Assembly: GCF_009914755.1 (NCBI RefSeq) | Contig: NC_060944.1 | Origin: the human T2T-CHM13v2.0 reference genome, Homo sapiens | Direction: 5' to 3' (one strand) | DNA: 64,000 nucleotides | Position numbers and translations under genes: made by a program | In this document: piece after piece, positions 27,412-42,331 of the stretch | How positions within the stretch are numbered: the stretch's first letter is position 1 | Layout: each line of letters starts with the position of its first letter | The notes under the pieces: model-generated | Told to the model about the DNA's origin: nothing | Database searches by the model: none | What the model saw: the letters and a program-made list of their open reading frames with translations, nothing else

Positions 27412-28894
27412 ACCTAATTGTTCCCATATAAGTCTATGTTCACACAAGATCTGAAGAGCACACAACACCGTGAGACAGGACAGACATATATTTTAAAAGT
27501 TATATTCCTGGTTTCTGTAAAAATAAAACAGTTGAATTTAAGCTTTCAAGACAAGTCAAGGAAAAGAGCAAAAAATGCAAAAGTTAAACTCGAAAGGTCA
27601 TTTCCCCGTCAAGGGCTCATGATCACTGGACATTCACAAACTATAGTGTTCAAAACATTAGTTCTGAATTTTGATCCGAGTATCCCTTTAGTAGCTGTTT
27701 CATTCAAGGATGTCCAAGAGGTAAAATAAGACAATATCATTTGCTATTTTCAGTTTTCTTTTCTGAGAACAGCCCAGCATTCTTTTTCAGAGAAATGAAT
27801 TGTCCTAACTTCATAGGCTAAAGGCTCATGAGTCATAGTTCTAAGGGCATTAATAAAATATAGTGGTGCATGCTTGTATTCTGAACTTTTCAGGTTTAAA
27901 CTCTCATATAGTAAATGCTAATAGATACAAACTGATTAAAGAAAAGCCCTCTTAATCTGACATTATTTTTATTTTTATTTCTTCATTTATCAGCAACAGG
28001 AGAGTCTAACTAAATGTGGTAAACTGGTATGAGGGAATACAATGAACAGTGTAAAATGAATTAAACCAGAGATAATCACACCAGTGTGGGTACAAGTGTA
28101 AAATATAATACAAAACACACCAAAGAAAGTGGCAGAAAGGTATATAAAGCGTATAACCACTCACGTACCATTTTAGGACACAAAAAATTCTGCATATTAT
28201 TTCTGAGCATCACAATGTAGTTAAAGATTTCAAAAAGGCATTGAAATGAAAAACAACCAACTTATGATGTTGGTAGCCTCTATGCAATCATGTTTTAAAA
28301 ACTTTAACACCAAAAAGTCTCAAAATTACCATTTTAAAAGACTGTGTCTACCAGTTATAAATGAATCATTACTTTCGTCATTTGTAATAGTCAAAGATGC
28401 CACAAATGCACGCATACACACACCTATATATACACCTACACACACAGTCTTGCTCGTTAGAACATCTGATAGGCTTCAGATCATCAGTGTAATAACACTA
28501 GCAACAAGCCTCTAAAGTTAAAACAGAAACTGACACTTTAAAAAGTAAAACTTTCGTCTAGGTAAAGATCAGAACTCCAACTAGCACTTAACTCACTGGA
28601 AATATCTTAAGAGTCTCAAAATTCACTGCTTTGAATCCCTGACAAGTATAAAAATTTTATACTGAAAACTTCATGCTATTCAAAACATTAAAACAGAAAC
28701 ATCTGACTTAAAGCTTACATTTTTAAAATCTTTTTTATGCTTCTAAATTTGTTTTTATTCAAATACGGATACCAACAATAACATTTATGTCAATGCCTTC
28801 TGTTCAATATTGAACAAATAGAATTAGGAATAAGAATAATGTGAGTACTTCCAATCATTGAATGTACTTATTTCCAGTATCCCATTAAATGTAC

Positions 28895-28966
28895 CTGCTC
28901 TCAATGTCTGTACATCCTTTTTTGTACTGCTCCTTTCACAGCATGATCTTCCACTTCAGTGCTAGG
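28895..28966 (-). pseudogene. ANKRD20A: ANKRD20A-like exon 11 (72 nt; 1-nt deletion, premature TGA)
   Basis: ttcag|CCT...CAG|gtacat; PSTEVEDHAVKGAVQK then frameshift in the A6 run giving RMYRH*; the shifted frame carries DVQTLRA; 73 nt is needed for phase with exon 12. Confidence 0.88.
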
Positions 28967-29057
28967 CTGAATGGGTTTTAAAAGAAAATGATTCATAAAT
29001 CATATATATTTTATACAACATGGAGTTAGTGATTCAAAAATATACATAATTAATTAC

Positions 29058-29086
29058 TTTCAAGGAAGGATGTTTTGCAGGAGGCC
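29058..29086 (-). pseudogene. ANKRD20A: ANKRD20A-like exon 10 (29 nt, open)
   Basis: tgtag|GGC...AAA|gtaatt; GPPAKHPSLK. Confidence 0.88.
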
Positions 29087-30609
29087 CTACAAAGCAAAGG
29101 GGATATGTCATCAATTATATGTAAGTATGACAGGGCCAACCAAACATTCATGCAGTGTTACTATTGAGTTGAATTCTCAGGCATGGCTATAAAAATAATT
29201 ACTTAAGGTTTTGAGGGTTCTTCTTGGCTTCTTGTTTTCATTGCCTAGGACAGCAACATGACAGAAACACAATGAGGAAAATAGGAATATAGGATTCCTA
29301 AAATGCACAGTTTACATTTCAGTAGTGAGATTATGTTTCAAATGCCTATACTTAAAATAGAAAAGCATTGATATAACCGTGAACACGTGGACTGATGAGG
29401 AGAAAAGGGACCATTAAACAGAGGGGCAAATCAAACCTGAGGGAATCAATGTCAAAGCTGATGGTGAATGTACAGAGTATTTTAACTCCACACACCAGAG
29501 GCATTGCTGCCAGCACAGCACAAATAAATTCCCCTTGTCTTGTCACTGAGGAAATACACAGTTGGGATGACAGTTCAGGTGAATGTGTGATTCACCTCTC
29601 ATCAAAGAAAGGGTTCTACATTGATCAGCTAGGATACACACTTATGAAATAACAGCTAATCAAACTACTCATTTTTCCCATGATAACATGGGCTACTGCA
29701 GCACCTACATTTCTCCTATCCCCTCATTTGGCCTTGAGTTAGAGCTCCTTGATCCACTTATGCAAGGTGGTCCATAAAACACATCAAATAAACCATGTCG
29801 AATAAGCTTCTGATATCAAAATATTTATCAAAAAAGAAAACACTGAATGACCACAGACTTGCTGGATATGAATACATATTTATATTTCAAAATCAGTGCA
29901 GTATTTATTGAAAATGAGAATTTTGGTTTTCACAGAATGAATTTTATGATTATTTCTAAAATTAACTAAGTTTGGTATATTATCTTACACTGTAAAGGAC
30001 TTTTATAAAACAGCTATCATATCAAAGAACTGGCTGTCTCAAAAAAAATTTGCCAAAGCATCTATATGCAACTTAATCACATCTTATTCACTCATGTCAG
30101 TGAAACTTCTCTCCCTGAGGCCTGACAGTTGTCAAGTAAATTGAGCTGCTGTGGTTTACCCCAACTCTAGCACTCTCTCCTGCCTCCAGTACTCTCCACA
30201 GCAATAACCTCTTTTGTGAGACTGGACATAAGCTGAAGCAAATGGAAGTGAGCTGTCTCAAGTTTACTTGGCTTTAACTCCCAAGACCCCAGCAAATATC
30301 TTTCTTTCCTCCTTTTGTGTCCTTTCACAATCCCTCTTCCTTTGAAAAAATGATTATCAGAACTGTCATCCTGATGCTTCCCTTCCTAACTGCTTTTTAT
30401 GGATGATTGTGACCACTTTTTTCATCTGTATTCAGCAGTAGTATACACCTGTAATCTCTCTTTTTTCATCTCATTTTCCTTCCCCTGTGGATAGAATCAT
30501 GCTCAGAAATAAAAGGAAATTAAAGCTTTCCCTGGATTCTGTTATTTTTTAAATTGCTCTCCAGTGGTTCTTTTTCCAGATTTCTCTAAAGGAAGGCTAT
30601 TCCCTTGCT

Positions 30610-30746
30610 ATTCAGAGCTGTGTCCAAGGACCAGCACAAACATCACCTGAGTGCTCATGAGAAATGCAGACTCCCATACCTGCTGAGTCAGACTGTGCAC
30701 TTTCCAGAAGCTCCTCAACTAATTCATGACAATTTGAATGCCCTGT
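30610..30746. mobile_element. MER5A-like hAT fragment
   Basis: ggaccagca..catcacctg....agaaatgcagact...tgagtcaga. Confidence 0.55.
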
Positions 30747-31425
30747 TCTACACTGGTGTGCTTCCATATTGGTTTACCCTAATTGGCCTTTTTGGTCTAG
30801 CCTCAATTTCTTTCCTATTATGTCCCTGAATTTAATACTACATTATAAGCCATAATGTTTCTAATGAACTTTTAATCAGGCAAAGCTTCTCTAATTAATT
30901 TCTTCCCAATAAATCACCCAACACTATTCTTTTCAATTATGTTAATATGATACTATCCTATGAAGTTACAACATTTTCTATAAAAACAAATTATAGCCAT
31001 ACATGGCTGACCATTTACGGTGATGTTCATCTATGGTAGATAAAACACAGGTCTGCGTGGTAAAGTACCTCAATCCTTAATGCCTCCCCACTAGCGAGGA
31101 TGACAGCAAGAGAAGGAAAATGTTACTGTAATTATATGACATATTTTGGTACTGGAAGCTCACTTTATCTTCCTTCCTATTTCTAACACCCTGTTCTTCC
31201 TTCTTCTACAGATCATTTTGACTTTACTACCCTCCATTACAGACATCCACTTTTTTTATTTATCCCATGTACACTCTGCCCTCCTCATTCTTTGTTTCTC
31301 TTTTATTCATTTCCTCTTCCCTCTCTCCTGACTTGCCTCAGGTCTTAGAGTATCTTAAAATGGAACTCATAACTCAGCTCCTTTAGTGGTACTTCAAATA
31401 GAATCAACTGCTGACCCTTGGTTAG

Positions 31426-31840
<415 letters not shown>

Positions 31841-31878
31841 TCCATCAAATGACTTTTTAAATAAAATACGGTTCTCAC

Positions 31879-31963
31879 CTTCTCCTTTTCCATTGACTAT
31901 TCTGTTTCCTTTTTCATGAGAAGGTCCACGTAAAGGCTCTGACACTTTCTCGGGGACACACTG
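31879..31963 (-). pseudogene. ANKRD20A: ANKRD20A-like exon 9 (85 nt, open)
   Basis: cttag|CAG (NAGNAG acceptor)...AAG|gtgaga; QCVPEKVSEPLRGPSHEKGNRIVNGKGE. Confidence 0.9.
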
Positions 31964-32035
31964 CTAAGGTAATATCAAGAATTAGTTTCCATTTAAAATT
32001 ATAATGAGTTGCATCAAGAGTTTCTTATCAATCTC

Positions 32036-32331
32036 TTTTTATGAAACTGAGTCTCACTCTGTCAACCCAGGGCTAGAATGCAGGGGCCTGATTATGGCTC
32101 ACCGTGGTCTCAAACTCCTGACCTCAAGCAATCTTCCCACCTCAACTTCCTGAATAGCTGGAACTACAGGTGCATACCATCATGCCATGCTAATGTTTTT
32201 ATTGTTATCTTTGTAGAGACAAGGCCTCATTATACTGCTCAGGCTGGTCTCAAGCTCCTGGGCTCAAGTCAATCTTCCACTTCTGCCTCCCAAAGTGTTG
32301 AGATAAGCAGTGTGCACCACCACACCCAGCC
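32036..32331 (-). mobile_element. Alu (J-type)
   Basis: Diverged antisense Alu. Confidence 0.82.
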
Positions 32332-32363
32332 CTAATCAATTTCTTTAAATCAATCTCAATGTT

Positions 32364-32660
<297 letters not shown>

Positions 32661-33031
32661 TTAAAATGTGAGAATGAAGAGAGATACAAACAAAAAACAA
32701 GCCTAATTGGTCAATGAAATATCAGCTTAAGCCAAGAAAGAAAACAAACAACATGAAGTACAATAAAGCACATGGGGAAATAGATCTATAACAGAGCCTT
32801 CGGTCTTTCATACCCCTGATAATACTAATTAATATTTATGCTGTAATTAGTTTTTTGTAAGTACTTCTGTGATAGCGTTTCTTACTATAAGACATTCAAT
32901 TAGCTAAATATGGTCATCTACCACTACCTGAAAGAATATTATTATAACAGAAAGAGAAAACTGGAACTTTCCATCAACTTTCCACCCAGAAAAAGAATTG
33001 GTCACCAGAATTCTAAAGAGTAATGTATGGC

Positions 33032-33803
33032 AGACACATGAAAAAATACTCATCATCACTGGCCATCAGAGAAATGCAAATCGAAACCACAATGAGATAT
33101 CATTTCACACCGGTTAGAACAGCAATCATTGAAAAGTCAGGAAACAACAGGTGCTGGAGAGGATGTGGAGAAATAGGAACACTTTTACACTGTTGGTGGG
33201 ACGGTAAACTAGTTCAACCATTGTGGAAGACAGTGTGGAGATTCCTCAAGGATCAAGAATTAGAAATACCATTTGATCCAGCCATCCCATTACTGGGTAT
33301 ATACCCAAAGGATTATAAATCATGCTGCTATAAAGACACATGCACACGTATGTTTATTGTGGCACTATTCACAATAGTAAAGACTTGGAACCAACCCAAA
33401 TGTACATCAATGATAGACTGGATTAAGAAAATATGGCACTTACACACCATGGAATACTATGCAGCATAAAAAATGATGAGTTCATGTCCTTTGTAGGGAC
33501 ATGGATGAAGCTGGAAACCATCATTCTGAGCAAACTGTTGCAAGGACAGAAAACCAAACACCACATGTTCTCACTCATAGGTGGGAACTGAACAATGAGA
33601 ACACTTGGACACAAGATGGCAAACATCACACACCAGGGCCTCTCATGGGGTGGGCAGGAGGGGAGGGATAGCATTAGGAGACATACCTAATATAAATGAC
33701 CAGTTAATGGGTGCAGTACACCAACATGGCACATGTATACGTATGTAAGAAACCTTCACCTTGTGCACATGTACCCTAGAACTTAAAGTATAATAATAAT
33801 AAT
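33032..33803 (+). mobile_element. 5'-truncated L1PA (ORF2 C-terminus plus 3'UTR)
   Basis: ORF contains [16 protein letters not shown] (ORF2 Cys-rich motif); perfect 17-bp TSD aaagagtaatgtatggc at 33015-33031 and 33804-33820. Confidence 0.95.
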
Positions 33804-34171
33804 AAAGAGTAATGTATGGCTTGAAAAGGTATATTTAATAGAACATGAGTTGGGTCTAATAAAAAACTTAAGAAATGTTAATCTAAAATCTCAATGTTAA
33901 GATTCCAGTTGAATAATACTAGAAAATATATTGTAACCCTCTTTGCTACCAATGACCTATTTCTATTTTATTTTCTTTTTAATTATGGCATAATTTCTCA
34001 ACATAACATATCAAAACTTATACACCCTTTAATATTAAAAAATAATACAATGTAAGCAATATTTTAAAAACGGTATTTAATTATTAGATACATTAGGTTT
34101 ATTATATTACTTATAATATTCCATTATATAAAAATTCATTTGTCTATTTATTCAGATTAAACAACTATTAA

Positions 34172-34470
34172 AGCTGAATGTCTCATGCCTGTAACCCCAG
34201 CACTTTGAGAGGCTGAGGCGAGCAGAACACTTGAGCCCAACAGTTAAAGACCAGCCTGGGCAACAAGGCAAAACCCTGTCTCTATGAAACTCAGCCTAGC
34301 ATGGAGACACAGGTCTATAGTGACATAGCTCTATTGTTTCAACTACTTGGATTGCTGAGGTGTGAGGATCACCTGAGCCCAGGAAATGGAGATCGGAGTG
34401 AGCCAATATCTCACCAGTGCCCTCCAGCCCGGGTGACAGAGTGAAACCCCATCCCCCAAAACAACAAATA
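34172..34470 (+). mobile_element. Alu (J-type, diverged)
   Basis: ctcatgcctgtaaccccagcactttg...ggatcacctgagcccagg. Confidence 0.78.
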
Positions 34471-34645
34471 AAATGCTTCTTACATGGAAGACTGTATTCT
34501 AGGTACTCCAGGATACACACAAATATGTTTACTGACCTCCAGTAGCTTATGGTATGCAGGAGCTTCCAATGATTATTTAAACAACTAAATAGAAAACTTT
34601 CTGACATTCAAAATTTCAGAATATGATATAAGGACTTTGAGTGGT

Positions 34646-34988
34646 TATTTTATTTTATTTTATTTTATTTTATTTTATTTTATTTTATTTTATTTTTTAA
34701 GATGTAGTCTTGCTCTGTCACCCAGGCTGCAGTGCAATGGTGCAATCTTGGCTCACTGCAACCTCCACCTCCTGAGTTCAAGCGATTCTCCTGCCTTGGC
34801 CTCCTGAGCAGCTGGGATTACAAGCATACACCATCATGTCTGGTTAATTTTTGTGCTTTTTATTTTTTTTTACAGACAGGGTTTCACCATGTTGGCCAGG
34901 TTGATCTTGAACTCCTGACCTCAGGTGATCTACCCACCTCAGCCTCCAAAAGTGCTGGGATTACAAGTGTGAGCCACCACACCTGGCC
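34646..34988 (-). mobile_element. Alu (S-type) with (TTTTA)n microsatellite tail
   Basis: About 10 TTTTA units then antisense Alu consensus. Confidence 0.9.
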
Positions 34989-35926
34989 AAGTAAATATTT
35001 TAAATAAACTACAATGACAAAATTACGATGATAAAGTCTTACCATATTGGTATTAAGAGTCTCTGCTTCTAGAACTGGTTATTTGCAGCAAAATACATGT
35101 TATTCAATTAGATGACATGTTTTATATAAACTCTTCATGGACAACTCAAACCACACAAAAATCCCTTTGCAATACAAATCTTGAGAACATAAATTTAAAT
35201 TTCTACATTTCCACAATTTATATTTTTCAATCAGATACAATATTGCCCAGGCTGTTCTCAAACTCCTGGGTTCAAGCAATCTTCCTGCCTCAAACTCCCA
35301 AGTAGCAGGGGCTACAGGGGTAGACCACCAAACTCAGCTGTTTTTCTACAATTTTTAATATTTTTTAGTCTCACTACAGAACCAATAATATAAGTAGAGA
35401 AACAATTTCTCCTAAAAACTATATCACACCAAAATAATAAGTTTCCAAGAACAAAAGCTATATGCTATGTGCTGAACATTTTTGCCACTAAAAATTACCA
35501 GAAGATTCCATGATTACTGCAAATAATTTGATCCACTGAAGATTTATACAAGCATAAATATTAAGAAAGTCACACTTGTATGATTTAAAAGTCAAAGTAT
35601 TAGTATTTATCCATATAAACCTTAACCAAATTTCATATTTCCTCTACTGGAGAAAGAATTTCCTAATGTGATTTTCCTGCAACTACTTATTTTCCAGTTC
35701 ATTTATTTTTCAGCTCCCACCCTGTCACAGTACTTATCAATCTCTGTTAGTTACCAAAGTTAAGCACATTTTTTGAATCAACTAGCCATATGTATGTTTT
35801 TCTCTGAGCAACTTTCCATTACCACCATAAAACAATTATAGGTGAACCACTGCTAAATTTGAAAAGTAAACACTTGCAAAACTACATTCAGAGTGAGAAA
35901 ATTAATTTTACAAGAGACCACTTTAC

Positions 35927-35996
35927 CTTAGTAGCAACACTCAAGTCTTCATCATCCAATGCAGGCAATAAATCCACACACAGTTCATGCAAAATG
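35927..35996 (-). pseudogene. ANKRD20A: ANKRD20A-like exon 8 (70 nt, open)
   Basis: tcaag|CAT...AAG|gtaaag; ILHELCVDLLPALDDEDLSVATK. Confidence 0.9.
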
Positions 35997-38664
35997 CTTG
36001 AGAGCAAAAATACACAATGAAAATGAGCAAGTTGATTTCTTTACAATTTTTTTAACTGCCGGTTTATATCCAGCTTCCCCCTCAAAAAAAGGAAAACATA
36101 ATCTGGGGAAAGGTCAGTGATCTATATATTAAATTATGATTCTTGATATAATTAAAATATGTCCTCTGTTCTAAAAATAGATTCTATTTACCTACTTCTG
36201 TCTCCACCTGTCTAAATCTATAAAATATTCAATGAAAACTAACCTTGAGCTTTATAACAAATAGTGACAGTCAATACATTGGCAGAGCCTGACAATACTT
36301 TGCCCTCACAAATTATCTGTTCTGAAGCTGAACTTAAAATTCAATCAGTGGATGACATAAATTTTGTTATCTAAACTGGAAGAAAACTGATGACCTAAAA
36401 CAAGTTAGAAAGATCCACTGTCTCTTTCCCATGATCTGTCTCTGGATAAAAGACTAATCTGCATCACTTCACAATGGCAGTCTTGATTCCTCGGCATGGA
36501 TCCAACTTAGGAAGGTCCTATTGCTTTCCTTTGCCCTAAATCGGTACAGGAAAGCCCCTACAATATTTGAAATGTATGAAAGCCAAATGTACAGAAGTCA
36601 AATAACAAAGGTGTATGTTCTTATTGAGAATACTTTTCCCAGAAAGATTAAAATATTAACAATTATAAAATCCCATTATTTTCACTCTATAGGTCCTACC
36701 TTATTCAGGTCCACATAAACTAGCAAGCCCTTAAAAATTTTCATAGGTACTCAGACACCCAAGGAGAGAGACTGCCAGAAAAAAACCGAGTCCTCATAGT
36801 TGTACCTCTATTTCCCTAAGTATTATCTAAGCATCTTTCTTCCTATGGGCTCCCACTTCCAGATTCCACTTCCACAGGGCTCCACGGAAGTCTCCAATCT
36901 TCAAATCTTCAGTCTATGAAACCACAGATTCCTGAAAGGATGGCCTCAAATAACCAGGAGTAGGAGCTCTCTATATCCCTGCTCTTGAAAAACAAGCTAA
37001 CTGGAGTCTCCATCACCTGCCCCCAGCTATACACACTACCAACTACACAATTGAACTCCATGACTGATTTGCCAGCTAATCATGCCCCTGACCCAGCCCA
37101 CATGGACATGGGAAGGACATCAGTGAACTGGGAAAACAGGAAGAAGTGAGGAGACACCTACCCTGTGCCACATGTCTATGTAGTTCAGCAATTTCCAGCC
37201 CCTTAGTACTCCAGGGGCTCTAAGCCACCCTTTTGTAAGTCAGGATGGAAGTAGATGACACCTCATTTGTATCTGCTGTAGACACTCCTCCCAGTGTCTC
37301 AAAATGTTTTAACATCTTTCAGTAAAAATCTTCAAGTTTGTCAGTCGTTGATTTAAAAAAAAGCAGCAAACTTTTTAGAGCTCCCTTGAACCTTCTATTT
37401 TAATGTGCCTTTGTAGATAATTCCCAATATCTTGTGTCCTTCATTTTTATAATTTATCTTTATCAAACTTGTCATAAACCCCAATACTTTGATCTCTTAT
37501 AGAAGAGTCCGTACTCCTATCCAATCCAGTGCTGTTTATCTTCAAACTTGGACTTCCCCAGCTCATTCCATTCTTATCTACTTCCATTGTGTTCACCAGC
37601 TAATTCCATTCTCATTCTATCTACAGACTCACTCCCGTTTGTATTATTAAAACACATGCCAATAGTATACAAAAAGAAGCAAGAGTACTGGGCTTTAACA
37701 TGAGTTCAAATCTCATTTCTGCCAATTCCTATGTCTAAAAAAAAGCATCCTAATCTCTTTGAGCTTCACATCCTCTATCTAGAGAATCACTTGACCAGAG
37801 TTCAACACAGGTAAAAATACTAGAAAGTATTTTAATTCATTCCAAGATTCCTTAAAATCCTGTAATTCTGTGTCCTCTTGATTCTGTCTATAGAAAAACT
37901 TGGAATACATAGGCAGCAGAGTTTGAAAAAATAATAGAACAAAAGAAACACCAAGAAAAGCAGAGAAGAAAGTTTTAAAAAATGAAGACAAGGTTATAGA
38001 AAAGTCATGGAAAAAGCAACAAGACTAAAAAATGTATTATGGAAGTAAGCAGAAATACTAGCCTAAATGGAAAACCAAACTGGGAAGTCAAATAATTTGT
38101 CTCTAAGACTTGCCTAAACTTGCTGTGGTAAAACTTACAGTCCTATGGCCAAAGCTAAGTCAGATCTGCCCTAGAGCCTTTGATGGTAAAAATAAGATAC
38201 TGGCTACCACTGAAATTGTCAAATTTATTAGGACTAACCACATTCTAGCAATAAACTTAAATGAGAGTTCAAGGTATTTAAACTCTCATTAACTTAGACA
38301 TTAATCAGATTAATGAATCTGATTAATCTGATTCAGACCTATAACTTGATCCAAGGGCTGCACAGATATCTATCTATGCTGAGGAGCAAGAGAAAGGATT
38401 TGGAAGGCAGGCAGGCTAATGGTCAAACTGTAGGCCAGCTACTTTTTTAACTATGGGATCATGAGGCAATTAATCAGCTCTAATCCATAGTTGTTTATTT
38501 AATAGTAGGTTATAGGAACACAGATGTTATGATGGCTTTATGAGATGATAAATGAATAGAACATATTAGGATGTCTAGCCAAGAATACAACACTCAATAG
38601 ATATTGGTTTCTTCCATCTATATTTTCTTAGTTAACATAAATTTTTAAATCTATGAAATCTTAC

Positions 38665-38695
38665 CTGACTGCAGATTCATCAGAAATTCCAACAT
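38665..38695 (-). pseudogene. ANKRD20A: ANKRD20A-like exon 7 (31 nt, open)
   Basis: aatag|ATG...CAG|gtaaga; DVGISDESAV(S). Confidence 0.87.
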
Positions 38696-38764
38696 CTATT
38701 AAAGAAAAAGGTAAAATGCATTTTAAATCAACAATAAATGTACAGAATATTAAAAGCATAAGAA

Positions 38765-38890
38765 TGCACAGTGACGCATGCCTCTAATCAAAACTACTTG
38801 AGAGGATGAGGCAGGAGGATCACTTGAGGAGCCCAGAAGTTTGAGACCAACTTGGGAAACATAGTAAGACTCTACCTTCATAAAAAAATT
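38765..38890 (+). mobile_element. Alu monomer (FLAM/FRAM)
   Basis: gaggcaggaggatcacttgag...gagaccaacttggg. Confidence 0.7.
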
Positions 38891-39292
38891 GTGTACACTT
38901 GTGTGTATGCTTTAGATCCTGTTTTTTGTTGTTGTTGTTGTTGTTTTTGTTTTGGTTTGGTTTGGTTTTTTAAAGCATAAGACTGATGCTTTGTTACAGA
39001 GCATTCCTTTGGGAGCATGCCTGGGACCTTATTAGAATTAACATTCATCATACTTATTGGTAGGTAATTAATGCAGTAAGAACTCTTCCCTTTGTATTTA
39101 TTAGATGCAAAGAAGAATACATTTATTAAAACTTGGTATCTACAAGTGAACTGCAGTATACAAGTCATCCTAGTCAAACCCTATGAGATTGAGTAAAAAT
39201 GGTATTGTTAGCAGAACAGGTATGATGAGTCAACAGTGTCAAAGAGCATGATTTCTGGAACAAAATATGAGGGGCCATTAAAACAGAGTATA

Positions 39293-39635
39293 CAATAGTA
39301 CCCCTTATCCACTATATGCACAGAAAGACATACTTGACAAGTTTTTCTCTGCTGTCACACCACAGCAACAATCATCAGCAAAGAAGGCTTCTGTGACCAA
39401 ATGTGTGGAGAGTTTTTCCCCACCAACAAGTAAGTAATCATTCCTGCTGATGACACAATTCAATTCTCACACCCTATCTACAGATAACATCAGATTTAAT
39501 TTAATTTATAAATTAAAGTTTATCATAGATATGTATGTATAGGGAAAAACAATTTGTGATTCAGTACTATTCATGGTTTCATGCATCCACTGGGGGTCTT
39601 GGAATGTATCTCCCACAGTTAAGGGGGAGCTACTG
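39293..39635 (+). mobile_element. MER44-like Tigger element with an internal LTR-like segment
   Basis: TIRs caatagtaccccttatcc and cagttaagggggagctactg, TA on the left flank; catccactgggggtcttggaatgtatc 3' end. Confidence 0.7.
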
Positions 39636-40654
39636 CACTTATTTTGTTATAACACAATACAGCCTCTCTAGTTCTTCAGTTCAAACTGTTTAGTTTAGAA
39701 TAAGACACGCTATCACCAGAAACCAGCAAAACATAGGACTCAGACCAGAAACAGGAATCCTTGCAAAGACTTTCTAGCCACCAGCGGAGAAGACCTCAAG
39801 AGATATCAGTGTGTTACTCTGGCTAATACTCTTCTGGGGAAGGTGCTGGGTGGTTTCCTTAGTTGTAGCTATTTGCTCTGGCCTACGTATAACAAGGCCC
39901 AAATTCACCTGCCATTTTACCTCCCACAGAAAGAACCACTGGAAAGATCACTCCTTTAAGAGCTTATCCACATTCAGAGAGAAGCTGAAGAAACACTGGG
40001 GAGGTGTGGCAGGCTGCCGGGCAGTATTATCTGATGTGAAAAAATATATAGAAAGAAAACTATCAATGCCCTTTTACTATCAGAACGTTCTAATGCTTGC
40101 CATTCTCCCTAGTAGGAGAAAAATATTTTTCACCTCACATAAAGCAAAACTCCCTTGTCATCCCTCACAACAGAATCTAGTTGTAGGTGAATCATGTCAT
40201 CATAATACACGCTGTTGTCAACCTCATCCCTCAAAGGAAGAGGATCAGTGAGGAACTTATGTATTTACCTAATAGCATTCACTGCCTGGTCTTATTTCCA
40301 ATCAAAGATAAGTATGAAAGACTTTGTGATTCCAGTTTTATAAAGTACAACCCTTTGCACTTGTCCCCTTCCATTGCTAGAGAGTCTATCTGGACCCACC
40401 TCACAGAGCAAGATGCTCCAGGTTGTGCTGTGTGGTACGGCGTGGTGTCCTTTTCCTCAACCCTTTCTATTATGTTCCACATATATATACTAATCATGTT
40501 TTCTAAGTATGTAAAGCATATCTCATCATAATATACCATTCTTTACAATGATAAAGAAGCAAAAGAAAAACAAAAGGACAAAGAACATCTTAAATGACTA
40601 CATTCAACTGCCATGGAGCTTTAATTTTCTAACTATTCAAAAAGATATCCACTC

Positions 40655-41095
40655 TTCTTATTCCAACTATATGACTCTTCTGAAAAAAGTAAAACTATGA
40701 AGACAGAGTAAACATCAATGGTTGCCACGAGTTGCTAGGGAGAAAGGGAGAGATGAAAAGGCATAGCATAGAGAATTTTTAGGGCAGTGAAACTGTTCTG
40801 TCGATAATATTACAGTAATAGATACATGTCATGTCATTATACATTTGTCCAAATTGACAGAATGTACAGCATCAAGAGTGAAGCCTGATGTAAACTATGA
40901 AATTTGAGTGATTATAACGTGTCAATGTAAGTTCATCAGTTGTAACAAATGTACCACTCTCTGGTGGAAAATACTAATAATGGGGGAGGCTATGCGTGTG
41001 TGGGAGGCATGGGATATATGAGAAATCTCTGTACCTTCCTCTCAATTTTGCTGTGAACCTAAAACTGCTCTAAGAAATAAGGTTATTGATTTAAA
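40655..41095 (+). mobile_element. L1MC/L1MD-type 3' end
   Basis: gtcattatacatttgtccaa...aacaaatgtaccactct...ctgtgaacctaaaactgctctaa. Confidence 0.8.
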
Positions 41096-41106
41096 AAAAA
41101 TATTCA

Positions 41107-41400
41107 GCTGGGCTCAGTGGCTCATGCCTGTAATCTCAGCACTTTGGGAGACAAAGGTGAGTGGATCACCTGAGGTCAGGAGTTCAAGACCAGCCTGGCC
41201 AACATGGCAAAACCTCATCTCTAATAAAAATACAAAAATTAGCTGGGCATGGTGGCTGGCACCTGTAATTTCAGCTACTCAGGAGGCCAAGGCAGGAGAA
41301 TCGCTTGAGCCTAGAAGGCAGAGGTTGCAGTTAACCAAGATCACACCACTGCACTGCAGTCTGGGAGACAGAGTGAGACTCCATCTCAAAAAACAAAAAA
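41107..41400 (+). mobile_element. Alu (S-type)
   Basis: Full-length Alu consensus. Confidence 0.9.
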
Positions 41401-41408
41401 GATATTCA

Positions 41409-41780
<372 letters not shown>

Positions 41781-42331
41781 GATATTCACTGAACCTGTTA
41801 CTATGATATATTTAAGCAAGACAGGGTGAACCTAAAAATTAGAGATCATTGAAGACCAAAGTAACAACATGTGGTCATTATTTCTCAAATTGAAGTACAT
41901 AAAATATATAAAATAAATAAATTTAATTGCATGCTTAGGTAAGAAAATATTGATAAAAATGATTGAATATTTTTATCTTATTTCATAATTCTAAGCAGGG
42001 ATTTATCACAATATGAAAACTAGATTATTCATGTAATCAAAATAAAAGACAATTTTTATTCTAATTTTAACTCAGAAAATATTTTGCTTATTTAACAATT
42101 TTACTGAAAGGTAAACGAGTTAAATAGGACAGATTATAATTACCTAATATTGCTATGGTAACTTATGTACAAATAGCTGTTTGTCACTGAAAGTAAAAAA
42201 AGTAACCAGCACTGAAACTTAAGATGGATCATACAACAGAAATTAGTACCAAGTTACCTTATCTTATAATATTATGTTATTAAAATGAAATTTTAAAACA
42301 ACACCAAAAATTAAGTTGGGGCTATACAAAG

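Noticed and set aside
33023-33469. 148-aa ORF as a gene
   Set aside because: It is the C-terminus of L1 ORF2 in a 5'-truncated L1PA; the ATG comes from the TSD.
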